Source of the DNA: Hormiphora californensis
Lineage: Eukaryota; Animalia; Ctenophora
DNA: 64,000 bases
Direction: 5' to 3'
Assembly (NCBI GenBank): GCA_020137815.1
Contig: CM035353.1
Coordinates: 8,060,001 to 8,124,000 of the forward strand
Part shown: one piece after another, positions 1 to 10,049 of the stretch
How the letters are laid out: each line of letters begins with the position of its first letter
Numbering within the stretch: position 1 is the first letter of the stretch
Program-made: the position numbers and the translations under genes
Notes under the pieces: model-generated
The model's input: the letters and a program-made list of their open reading frames with translations, nothing else
Database searches by the model: none
Told to the model about the DNA's origin: nothing

Positions 1-88
1 TGTCAATTAACATGTCAATTAACCAGTCAATAACACGTCAATTAATCAGCCAGCTAATCAATACCCGCTCATTAGAAGGGATACCTAC

Positions 89-3000
89 CTCACACAGTCT
101 ACATAGTTCCTATGAATTGTCCTGGTACTGAAAACAGGGAAATGAACATGTAATACTGGGAATGGTTTCTCTGATCCAGTCTCGTATGTGTAGGAACTCT
201 CAATTGCTGCTTGTACCTCATCTGTCTGTAGTGACCACAACTTTACAGAGTGATCCATACTACATGACATTATCTGCAGGGGAGAGAGGGAGAGATAGTC
301 GCAATATCATTATCTGGTGGGGAGAGAGGGAAATACTACATGACATTATCTGCAGGGGAGAGAGGGAGAGATAAGGGGAGAAAGGGAGAGATTTTATACT
401 GTTTGAGTAGTGGTCCATTTCTGGAAAAATAATATTATGCTTTCTTCTGAAGTTAATTACTTACGAATGATGCATTCAAATCAAAATCACAGCTCAGAAC
501 CTCGTCCCGGTGCCCCTCTAGACCACCTACAACGAGAAATTATTGTTGTACACATGGAACCATTGTACAATTACAGGAGTTATAACTATTTTCAACTTCT
601 GGGAAGTCAGAGCTGTAAATTAACTAGGGGGGAGTTCAGCCCTAAAAGATGCCAAGCCATCGGCCAACATCAGGGTACCCATGGCCTTTTGAGGGCTACA
701 CCCCCTCCCCGTAATTAAGGGATGTTCAGGGAATTCCACACCTACCTAGGACCATGATGCATCGTTTAGTTTTCAGGTTCCATAGTCGGAGGGAGTTATC
801 CTTGCTGGCAGAGAGGAGAAGATTGTTATCCAGGGGGTGACCCTTCACCTCGTTCACAGCCCCACCGTGTCCCATTACTGGAGGAGAGGGAGTATTTTAT
901 GTAGCAGATTGGACAGGAAACCGGTAGAAATCTAGAAAAGCTAAAACGATCATGTTTCTCATTGCTGATACTCACATGTAAACACGTCTTTCATTTTCCT
1001 GACAGACACGACCCTAACTAGTCCTCTTTGTCCCCCAACTGCCAGCAATATCTCAATGTCACCCTTCCCAGTCTCCTGGTACACCCAACACACCTGCAGC
1101 AGGGTAATGGGCATTGGGATTCTTCCAAGTCCCAGTCTTTTATGGCAAGCAGACAGATGAATGAAGAATGGGTAATAGACGGGGTTGTTAAGAATATCTT
1201 GTGTTACCTCCCAGTCTTCACAAACATGTTTCTGACAACCAAACAATGGGCAGTATGAACAAGGAACGAGCTAACTTACGGTATAAAATATTTCATCTAA
1301 ACTGGGATCAGAATAAGATTGGACCATTGTCATGCCATTCCCTGGACCACACTCATACACTGTCACCCTGTTATTACCTACAGACAATTGTAGAAGTTAA
1401 TTGTCTGTCAGAGTGAGGGGGTCTCATATTGGTTTTGTAGGTACGCGAATTATGTACTAACAAACAACAGGTAAGGGTACTTACTAACTGCTACTTAGGG
1501 ATACCGGTACAAAACATTAGGTTTGTTTATCATTTTACTAACCAACTGTTGCGAAAACTGCAGGATCTTCTGGGTTTGTGTAGGGGTTAAAAGAAACACC
1601 AAACAAACTATCCTTGTGGTCCTCCCGAACCCATCCTGCCCACCTGAGAGGATATGTATTACATACAGTCGGACCCCGATTTAGGGGCCCCCGATTTAGT
1701 GGCACCCCGATTTAGGGACAGGATTTTTTTTCCCCGATATACGAAAATTAACATAATTTGAACCCGATTTAGTGGACACCCCGATTTAGTGGACAAGAGC
1801 CTTTCCCCCGAGGGTGTCCCTAAATCGGGGTCCGACTGTATTATGTAACCATGGTAACTACACAATCTGAGAGTGTGTAACCATGGTAACAAACTTGGAG
1901 ATGATATGTAACCATGGTAACTACACAAGGGGGGGGTTCCAACCTATTTTTTTGTATTTTTTTGTATTTTTTTGTACGGACCATACATAAAAGTATCCAA
2001 AATTCCTGTTTTTTTCCATACAAACAATACAAAAAAGTACAAAAAAATACAAAAAAATAATGAAGGATGTGGGTGCGTGAAAAAAGTATAAATAATACAT
2101 GTACATGAACATAAACGGAACCCAGCTATACATAAACGGTAAGAAATTGCGATTCGGGGAAATTTCTCGCTTAGAAAATACGATTCGAGAAAATTTTCTC
2201 GGTAAGAAATTGCGATTCGGGAAAATTTCTCGCTTAGAAAATACGATTCGAGAAAATTTTCTCGGTAAGAAATTGCGATTTGGAGAAATTTCTCGCTTAG
2301 AAAATACGATTCGAGAAAATTTTCTCGGTAAGAAATTGCGATTCGGGGAAATTTCTCGCTTAGAAAATACGATTCGAGAAAATTTTCTCGGTAAGAAATT
2401 GCGATTCGGGGAAATTTCTCGCTTAGAAAATACGATTCGAGAAAATTTTCTCGGTAAGAAATTGCGATTCGGGGAAATTTCTCGCTTAGAAAATACGATT
2501 CGAGAAAATTTTCTTGGTAAGAAATTGCGATTCGAGGAAATTTCTCGCTTACAAAATACGATTCGAGAAAATTTTCTCGGTAAGAAATTGCGATTCGGGG
2601 AAATTTCTCGCTTAGAAAATACGATTCGGGAAAATTTTCTCGGTAAGAAATTAGGATTCGGGGAAATTTCTCGCTTAGAAAATACGATTCGGGAAAATTT
2701 TCTCGGTAAGAAATTGCGATTCGGGGAAATTTCTCGCTTAGAAAATACGATTCGAGAAAATTTTCTCGGTAAGAAATTGCGATTCGGGGAAATTTCTCGC
2801 TTAGAAAATACGATTCGAGAAAATTTTCTCGGTAAGAAATTGCGATTCGGGGAAATTTCTCTCGCGATTTTGGCATGCTACATATGTAAAATATGTATAT
2901 ATTTTGTGCTTAATTGCGTGAAAAAGCGTGGAAGAATGTTTAAAAACAGTAAAAGTTCGAACAATAATGGTAAATTACCATATAAAACTGTTTTTATTTT

Positions 3001-3215
3001 TTTGTATTTTTTTGTACTTTTTTGTATTTTTTTGTATTTTTTTGTATTTTTTTGTTTGAGGAAAGCCCTGTTTTTTTCCGTACAAACATACAAGAAATAG
3101 GTTGGAACCCCCCCCTACACAATCAAGGGGCAGGCAACAAATCATACTTGAACCGGTTTTGTTCATCAGATTGTTTTGGTTCCGCTGTAGTTTTCTTTTT
3201 ACCGGTCTTTGTCAT
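89..3215 (-). CDS. EED: Polycomb protein EED/esc (WD40, PRC2 subunit); 5' seven exons, gene continues beyond position 1
   Basis: GT-AG exons 3215-3148, 1643-1543, 1377-1280, 1093-976, 877-746, 526-465, 273-89 join in frame. Peptides [89 protein letters not shown] and [19 protein letters not shown] match EED hallmark motifs. Confidence 0.96.
1666..1838. mobile_element. MITE, Tc1/mariner-type ends, in EED intron 1
   Basis: TIR CAGTCGGACCCCGATTTAGGG ... CCCTAAATCGGGGTCCGACTG flanked by TA on both sides; internal CCCGATTTAG repeats. Confidence 0.9.
1929..3115. mobile_element. Non-autonomous foldback DNA transposon with G-tract/C-tract termini, carrying a satellite
   Basis: Starts GGGGGGGGTTCCAACCTATTT and ends AAATAGGTTGGAACCCCCCCC; 7-8 bp TSD (c)tacacaa at 1921-1928 and 3115-3122; subterminal (TTTTTTGTA)n repeats. 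Confidence 0.88.
2137..2865. repeat. 60-bp tandem satellite (about 12 copies, two related 30-bp halves) inside the foldback element
   Basis: Unit CGGTAAGAAATTGCGATTCGGGGAAATTTCTCGCTTAGAAAATACGATTCGAGAAAATTTTCT repeats in register every 60 nt. Confidence 0.95.
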
Positions 3216-3400
3216 TCTATTGCAAGTATTTGGAGTTAAATTAGTGGTCAAATTTAATCAGAGTAGGAGATATACAGATGATTTTCAACATGTGATAAAC
3301 ATAATGTTAAATCTGAATTATATTTAAACATTGTATAACTTTAACATGGAATAAGCCATTTTACGGTAACAATTATTTTGCATATTTTGCCCCAAAATGT

Positions 3401-6400
3401 TCATTTAAAGTTTTCAAGTCCAGGCATTATTGATGCGATATTATTTAACATCTTGATTTGGTTTTCCTCTGGGATAACCTGAAATGAAAGAAAGGGTACA
3501 AGTTGGTAATTAGCCCCATAGATATCTGTATCGTGGACCCATGTAATGGCATGTTCTACATAGGGCGGCGAGAGGCAAGATAATAACACAAACCTGAAGT
3601 TGGTCAACATGATTTGTAAGGTAAAGAAGGGGAGCTGTAGCGCACACCAGACAGTCCAGCATGTCATTCATTAACCGGGGTACTGTTAGATCAGTCGGCT
3701 CACCAGTCTCTAATGCCTGATGGGATTGGAAAAGTTTTAGATCTACTGATAGACTACGATCCACAGAAATTGGACCATCCTTCTGGACTGATTGACTAGT
3801 CTACCTGGTACCTTCCCTGCCAGTTGCCACTCGGCACTCACTGAGTCCCAGTGAGTCTCACTGATGAGTCTCAGTGGGACTCTCACTGAGTCTCAGAAAG
3901 AGCGGGTAAACGCGCGCGAGAGTGTAAGACATTGCGCGAGATAGTCAAGAAAAACTGTCTCGCGCCCTACGTCTTTATTCCCATGTTTACTTCTTTTGTG
4001 GGCAGTTTTACCTCTGAGGCTATTTCTCCCATTTTGGCGAAGGAATCGCCCAACAGCTTCATATGAGCAGCCAGATCCAGGGCCTCAGGTGGTGTATCAG
4101 GAGCCGGTGCTGCAATACCCTTCCTCTTTTTAGATGTCTTTAATCCAGCCTGAAATATAAAAGAATGAGAATCAGTGTTTCGGGGGCTGACATAGACTGG
4201 CTTGAAACCTCTCAAAACAATACCTTAATATTTTCCTCTTCTTCCTTGTTTCTCCAGTAATCCTTGTCAGTATCTCCTAACTGGGCCCACATACTGGCCA
4301 ACTTGGCTGTAATACCACTATCAAGAAGGCCTGGGAAAGATTATAATAATCTGCATGGTGTGTCAGATCTCCTGATCAAATGACATTCATGATATCTCCC
4401 CTGAAAATAGTTCTAACCTGGGTTTTCCTCAGCAACTTTGTCCCTGGTTTCTTCTGAGAAGAGAGAGTAAGCAGTGATTGAAGGTTTCTTGGGCTCTCTC
4501 TTCTTCCTTACTCTCTTCTCCTTTTTCTCTCGCTTCTGTTTCTTCTGAGATAGTTGGAAGTTTGAAAATTTAAGGATTTATCGGAAATGTGGTTTATTGC
4601 TTGAACCAACACCATACATAATTCCTAACCTCGGTTTTAATAGGTTTTGGTTTGAGAGTTAACTTCCTCCGTTTCTCAATGGCTGCTATTTGTTCTGGTT
4701 CCCGATCAGGGGCCTGCCCCTCCTCCATCACTTCCTCCAAGATGACCGCCTTTTGAGGGGTGTCACCCGTGCCACCCGTAGTTATCACCTCTTCCTGGAC
4801 TGTCACCATCTGATCCTCGGGAATCGGCACCGAGGACAACTGGGGAGGGAGATGGGGGTGTCAGTGGGAGAAAACTGGGGGAAGATGGGGGTGTCAGTGG
4901 GGAGATAACTGGGGGATATGGGGTGTCAGTGGGGGAAATCACTGGGGGGGGGGGGGTGTCAGTGGGAGATAACTGGAGGAGATGGGGTGTCAGTGGGGGA
5001 GATAACTGGGGGGAGATGGGGGTGTCAATGGGAGATAACTGGAGGAGATGGGGTGTCAGTGGGAGATAACTGGGGGGAGATGGGGGTGTCAGTGGGAGAT
5101 AACTGGAGGAGATGGGGTGTCAGTGGGGAGATAACTGGAGGAGATGGGGTGTCAGTGGGAGATAACTGGGGGGAAATGGGGGTGTCAGTGGGAGATAACT
5201 GGGGGAGATGGGGGTGTCAGTGGGGAGATAACTGGGGGATATGGGGTGTCAGTGGGGGAAATCACTGGGGGGGGGGTGTCAGTGGGAGATAACTGGAGGA
5301 GATGGGGTGTCAGTGGGGGAGATAACTGGGGGGAGATGGGGGTGTCAATGGGAGATAACTGGAGGAGATGGGGTGTCAGTGGGAGATAACTGGGGGGAGA
5401 TGGGGGGTGTCAGTGGGAGATAACTGGAGGAGATGGGGTGTCAGGTGGGAGATAACTGGAGGAGATGGGGTGTCAGTGGGAGATAACTGGGGGGAAATGG
5501 GGGTGTCAGTGGGAGATAACTGGGGGAGATGGGGGTGTCAGTGGGAGATAACTGGGGGGATATGGGGTGTCAGTGGGAGATAACTGGGGGGGGGGGGGGA
5601 GAGATGGGGTCAGTGGGAGATAACTGGGGGGAGATGGGGGTTGTCAGTGGGAGATAACTGGGGGGGAGATGGGGTGTCCAGTGGGAGATATAACTGGGGG
5701 AGATGGGGGTTGTCAATGGGAGATTAACTGGAGGAGATGGGTGTCAGTGGGAGATAACTGGGGGAGGAGATGGGGGGTGTCAGTGGAGACTACCTGGGGA
5801 GATGGGGTTGTCAGTGGGAGAGATAACTGGGGAGATGGGGGTGTTCAGTGGGAGATAACTGGGGGAGATGGGCGGGTGGTCAGTGGGGGAATAACTGGGG
5901 GAGCTACTGGGGGAAGATGGGGGGTGTCAGTGGAGATAACTGGGGGAGATGGGGTGTCAGTGGGGGAGATAACTGGAGGACGATGGGGTGTCAGTGGGAG
6001 ATAACTGGGGGGGAAATGGGGGTTGTCAGTGGGAGATAACTGGGGGAGATGGGGGTGTCAGTGGGAGATAACCTGGGGGATATGGGGTTGTCGGTGTCAG
6101 TGGAGATTTAACTGGGGGGGGGGAAGATGGGGGTCAGTGGGAGATAACTGGGGAGATGGGGGTGTCAGGGGAGATAACTGGGGAGGGAGATGGGGGTTGT
6201 CAGTGGGAGGATAACTGGGGGGAGATGGGGGTGTTCAGTGGGAGATAACTGGGGGGAGATGGGTGGTGTCAGTGGGAGAGAACTGGGGGGAGATGGGGTG
6301 TCAGTGGGAGATTTAACTGGGGGGAGATGGGGTGTCAGTCGGAGATAACTAGGGGAGATGGGGGTGTCAGTGGGAGATAACTGGGGGAGATGGGGTGTCA

Positions 6401-6850
6401 GTGGGAGATAACTGGGGGGAGATGGGGGTGTCAGTGGGAGATAACTGGGGGAGATGGGGTGTCAGTGGGAGATAACTGGGGGAGATGGGGGTGTCAATGG
6501 GAGATAACTGGGGGGAGATGGGGTGTCAGTGGGAGATAACTGGGGGGAGGGGGAGATAACTAGGGGAGATGGGGTGTCAGTGGGAGATACCTGGGGGAGA
6601 TGGGGTGTCAGTGGGAGATAACTGGGGGGAGATGGGGGTGTCAATGGGAGATAACTGGGGGAGATGGGGTGTCAGTGGGGTATATTACATTAGATAGAAG
6701 ATTCAGAAGTCAACTGTCCAGTAATCACAGTTTACACGGTGGGGGGGTTGCCATGGTTACCATTTGTAACCATAGTAACCCACCCTCACTATTTACCTCT
6801 TCCACAACGACATTATCATCCTTCCTATCAAAGAGACTCCGTCCTTCCAT
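3401..6850 (-). CDS. HMGXB4: HMG-box protein HMGXB4 (HMG2L1)-like, 7 exons
   Basis: Exons 6850-6797, 4839-4630, 4544-4418, 4330-4224, 4149-4012, 3716-3594, 3478-3401 join in frame. HMG box PKKPSITAYSLFSEETRDKVAEENPG...AKLASMWAQLGDTDKDYW; C-terminus LDLAAHMKLLGDSF...LDCLVCATAPLLYLT...MLNNIASIMPGL resembles the conserved HMGXB4 C-terminus. Confidence 0.88.
4840..6680. repeat. G-rich 32-33 bp minisatellite (about 55 copies) filling HMGXB4 intron 1
   Basis: Unit CTGGGGGAGATGGGGGTGTCAGTGGGAGATAA starts exactly at the acceptor of exon 2; the middle part is indel-rich. Confidence 0.95.
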
Positions 6851-7137
6851 GCTTTCTAATTGAATGCTTTCTAATTGAATATACCAAACAATACAATAAC
6901 TTGCCAAGCTAGACTGTGTTTCGGGCCCCCAAATGTAAAGGGAGGGTTAGATCATAACAAACACTATTTGTTATGATCAACAGAATGGAGCACTGTTAGG
7001 AATGGTACTAACAAAAGCAATAACAAAACCACTAAAAAGTACACTAACACTGTACTAGTACAGTGTAGTAGTAGCAGCGGCAGAGCAAAGTTAAAATACG
7101 GGTGCCTTCCATAGTTAACAATTCATCGATTTTGTTA

Positions 7138-7663
7138 AAATCTGGGTGCCTTTCGTTGCTAACAATTCGTAGTTTTAGCACGCCCGACGGGTTAGGGCTA
7201 TCCGTTAGGGTCTCGTTAGGGTTTGGTTTGGGGTTATCGGTTAGGGCTATCGAGTATCGATTCTCTTCCAGTTACGGTTTAGTTTACTCAAATTGGCCAT
7301 GTGGTTGCGTGGCTATAGCCGTTTGAAAAAAGTCGGTCTAAGTGTAAAGTCGGATTTTTTGAAGATGTCACCCCCCTGGGTGGCACACGAGAATTATTTG
7401 CACGTCGGAAACTTGTCGGAAGCATGTTTTGGCTCTCACGCCTTTGTTTCTTGACCAATTTCGTCAAACCAAAGTTTTACGGACTCACAAAGTTATGCTC
7501 TTTCCGCTGATATGCGGTTTTTTGCCGAAAAGTGAGAGCAAGTGGGGGCTGTCACGTGCAAATACGACGCCACGCGTGAAAAGGGGGGTGACAACTTCAA
7601 AAAATCCGACTTTACTCTTTTGGTAGCGCACACCTGTAAACAGGCCGCAAGGCACCCAGATTA
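7138..7663. mobile_element. MITE family A (TIR AATCTGGGTGCC, internal GGTTAGGG motifs), interrupted by a family B MITE
   Basis: TA-flanked AAATCTGGGTGCC ... GGCACCCAGATT; uninterrupted homologues at 16751-17000 and, inverted, 17122-17393. Confidence 0.85.
7347..7612. mobile_element. MITE family B nested in family A at a TA
   Basis: TIR AAGTCGGATTTTTTGAAG ... CTTCAAAAAATCCGACTT with TA duplication; the empty site is visible in the 16751-17000 copy (GGTCTAAGTATACTTTTTGG). Confidence 0.88.
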
Positions 7664-7941
7664 TAATCGTGCCCTGCCTTATCCCGCGCTGCAAGGACGG
7701 CGCTCGTGGGTGTGAGGTGTCCGGGTGTCCGCAGACACCCAGACCAAAAAAACGGAGAGAGAAAAGAAGAAAAAATGGAAAAAAACAACAAGAATTTGAA
7801 AAAAAAATTTTTGGGGGGAGAGCGCTCCCGTATTGAAACCTTGGTTCCGAGAGCTGTACTCGGATGTACATGATGGATGCGCTCTCTGGCGCCAAAATAA
7901 CTCTGTGCTATTTTCCGTACGACTGCTTCTTGCTAGCTTCG

Positions 7942-9843
7942 TTTCAAGATTCAAGATTCAAGATTAAAACAGAATTTATAATGTCAATAAAATCAACGTC
8001 CGCTCATACACTATACGAGCCTCGATATGCACAATGCAGTTTGCACTAACATATAACCAGGCCCGGTAATAATAATATTACTAGTTACCTTAAGCGGAGT
8101 ATAGCAATTAGGTAACGAGAAATATGTAAGTACATTAGGTACTGTCCGAATCATCAAGTCAATCAATACATTACATAATAACAGTTGGTTTTCTTACACA
8201 TTGATTAATGATTGGGTGCCACACGAATAATAATAGTAATGAGAAAACACAGTTAGACAAGCCATCATTATAACACTGTTTCTGATATGGATTAAGCAGT
8301 GAAGTAAAGGGACCTAAAGACCGATGTGAATTTAGGTTGGAGTAAAGGAACCCAGGAATGATGTCGCAAAGGGGGGGGGGGAAGGACCCAGGACTCATGC
8401 TGGAACTGATGGGAAGTAGGCTGAAGTGAAAGGACCCGGAAAAACCGATGGGAAATAATGTTGGAGTAAAAGGACCCAGTACAGATATTACAATGCAGTT
8501 ACTGTCCGTATGCTTTATAGAAGAGGTGTGTCTTCAGTGCTGTTTTGAATGATGATAGGGATTTGGAGTCACGAATCCCTCGTGGTAATTCATTCCACAT
8601 TTTTGGAGCTGCAACACTGAACGCCCCTTTGGTGCTCTCGTAGTGAAACTCACTTCTCCGTATTTCCTTGAGGGTTGTATCATCGTTATCAATCCTGAGT
8701 GACTGAACTTTCTGAGGTCGCTTCATTAACATTTCAGCCATGTAGGGGGGTGATTTTCCATGGATGGTTTTATATACCAGTAAGCAAATTTTATACTCTA
8801 TTCTTTGTCTTACAGGTAAGAAATGTGATTTCATTCTCAGTTTTGTCACACCGCGTCTGCCTCTCTTGCCATATATAAATCGTGTCGCAGCGTTTTGGAT
8901 CTTTTGGAGTCTCTTTAGATCACTATCTTTCATAGAAGAAAACAGGGAATTGCAGTAATCTATACGACTATGGATGAGAGTTGTCACCAGCTTCGTTTTC
9001 TGCATCTTGTTGAGTTTCCCAGCAATCCTCCACATTTGCACAAGTTGAAAGTTACATGCTTGAACAACTTTAGTAACGTGATCGGACATGGATAGGGTAC
9101 TGTCGAATATCACGCCCAAGTTTCTTGCAGATGGAGCGACCGTCGTTTCCTCCTCTTCTGGATCAATTTGAATAGTCTCAGTTTCTGCTGCTTTGCTCCA
9201 TTTACTCTTCAAGATGAGCACTTCTGTTTTGTCAGGATTTAGTTTCAACATATTGTGTGCCATCCACACCCTTATATGTGCCACACGTTTCTGTAACCTA
9301 TCAATGACATCAGCGATGGAGTCTGGTTGAAAGGAGATGTGAAGCTGAGAGTCATCAGCGTACATGTGGAGGCTGAGACCATATAGAGCAGCAATCTTTT
9401 CTAAATCCTTCGTATACAAGATAAACAGAAGTGGTCCCAGTATGGACCCTTGGGGAACGCCAATCTCGATCTGATTGGGACTGGACTCAATAGTTCCTAT
9501 CTTAACCTTGGCAGATCGTCCAGATAGGTAGGACTTTATCCACTTGAGAACCCGGCCTCCCATTCGATATTCAGTCTCAAGTCGATGTAATAGTTTGGAA
9601 TGAGAAATCGTGTCGAAGGCGGCAGATAGGTCCAACAAGACTAAGATAACCTGAGACTTTTTGTCTATCTGCATGAGGATGTCATTGACAATCTTCACAG
9701 TGGCAGTTTCGCAGCTATGGTTAGTTCTGTAAGCAGATTGGAACTTAGCAAATAGATCATGTTTCTCTATATGTCCTATCAACTGGTCTGCCACACATTT
9801 CTCTATCACTTTCGAGAGGAAAGATAAGTTTGAGATGGGTCTG
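7942..9843 (-). mobile_element. 5'-truncated L2-clade non-LTR retrotransposon (RT and C-terminus, ORF stop at 8499)
   Basis: RPISNLSFLSK, QSAYR, LLDLSAAFDT, GVPQGSILGP, YADD, SRIDYCN, LKTHLF; 3' tail (TCTTGAA)n at about 7942-7965. Confidence 0.93.
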
Positions 9844-10049
9844 TTTCTTTGGTAGAGTTGGTCGAGGGGAGTGTCGATATAGGAGGGCGAATTGGCATGG
9901 AAAATTCGCACATCCATATGAGCCAGCTGCATTTTTCGCCACATGTCAAGTGCGACCACGTCCATCCTTGCACCAGGGGCTGTGTTTGCCGAAGGGTGAA
10001 AGTGGATGCCGTCCGGACAAGGGAGAAGTAGCTTCTCTGTTTCCACACC
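9844..10049 (-). mobile_element. Fragment of a CRE-like retrotransposon restriction-like endonuclease region, fused in frame to the L2 ORF
   Basis: VETEKLLLP...ANTAPGARMDVVALDMWRKMQLAHMDVRIFHANSPSY matches the recalled pattern VE.EP.L...AN....AR.D....W.......DVR..HPN..SY of animal CRE elements; such a motif does not belong upstream of an L2 RT. Confidence 0.75.

Noticed and set aside
2137-2865. CRISPR-like appearance of regular ~30-bp partly palindromic repeats
   Set aside because: There are no unique spacers and no cas genes, and the context is a eukaryotic intron.
1944-3100. 310-aa and 333-aa ORFs on opposite strands
   Set aside because: Both are translations of a stop-free 60-bp satellite inside a non-autonomous transposon in an intron.
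3830-3900. CTGATGAG...GAAA resembling a hammerhead ribozyme core
   Set aside because: Stems I and III and the cleavage triplet could not be built; the region is explained by repeated TGAGTCTCA motifs.
4918-6644. Many Gly/Trp-rich short ORFs
   Set aside because: They are products of the intronic minisatellite.
7188-7250. TTAGGG-like motifs as interstitial telomere
   Set aside because: They are dispersed, imperfect and part of MITE family A, recurring at 16800-16860 and 17280-17345.
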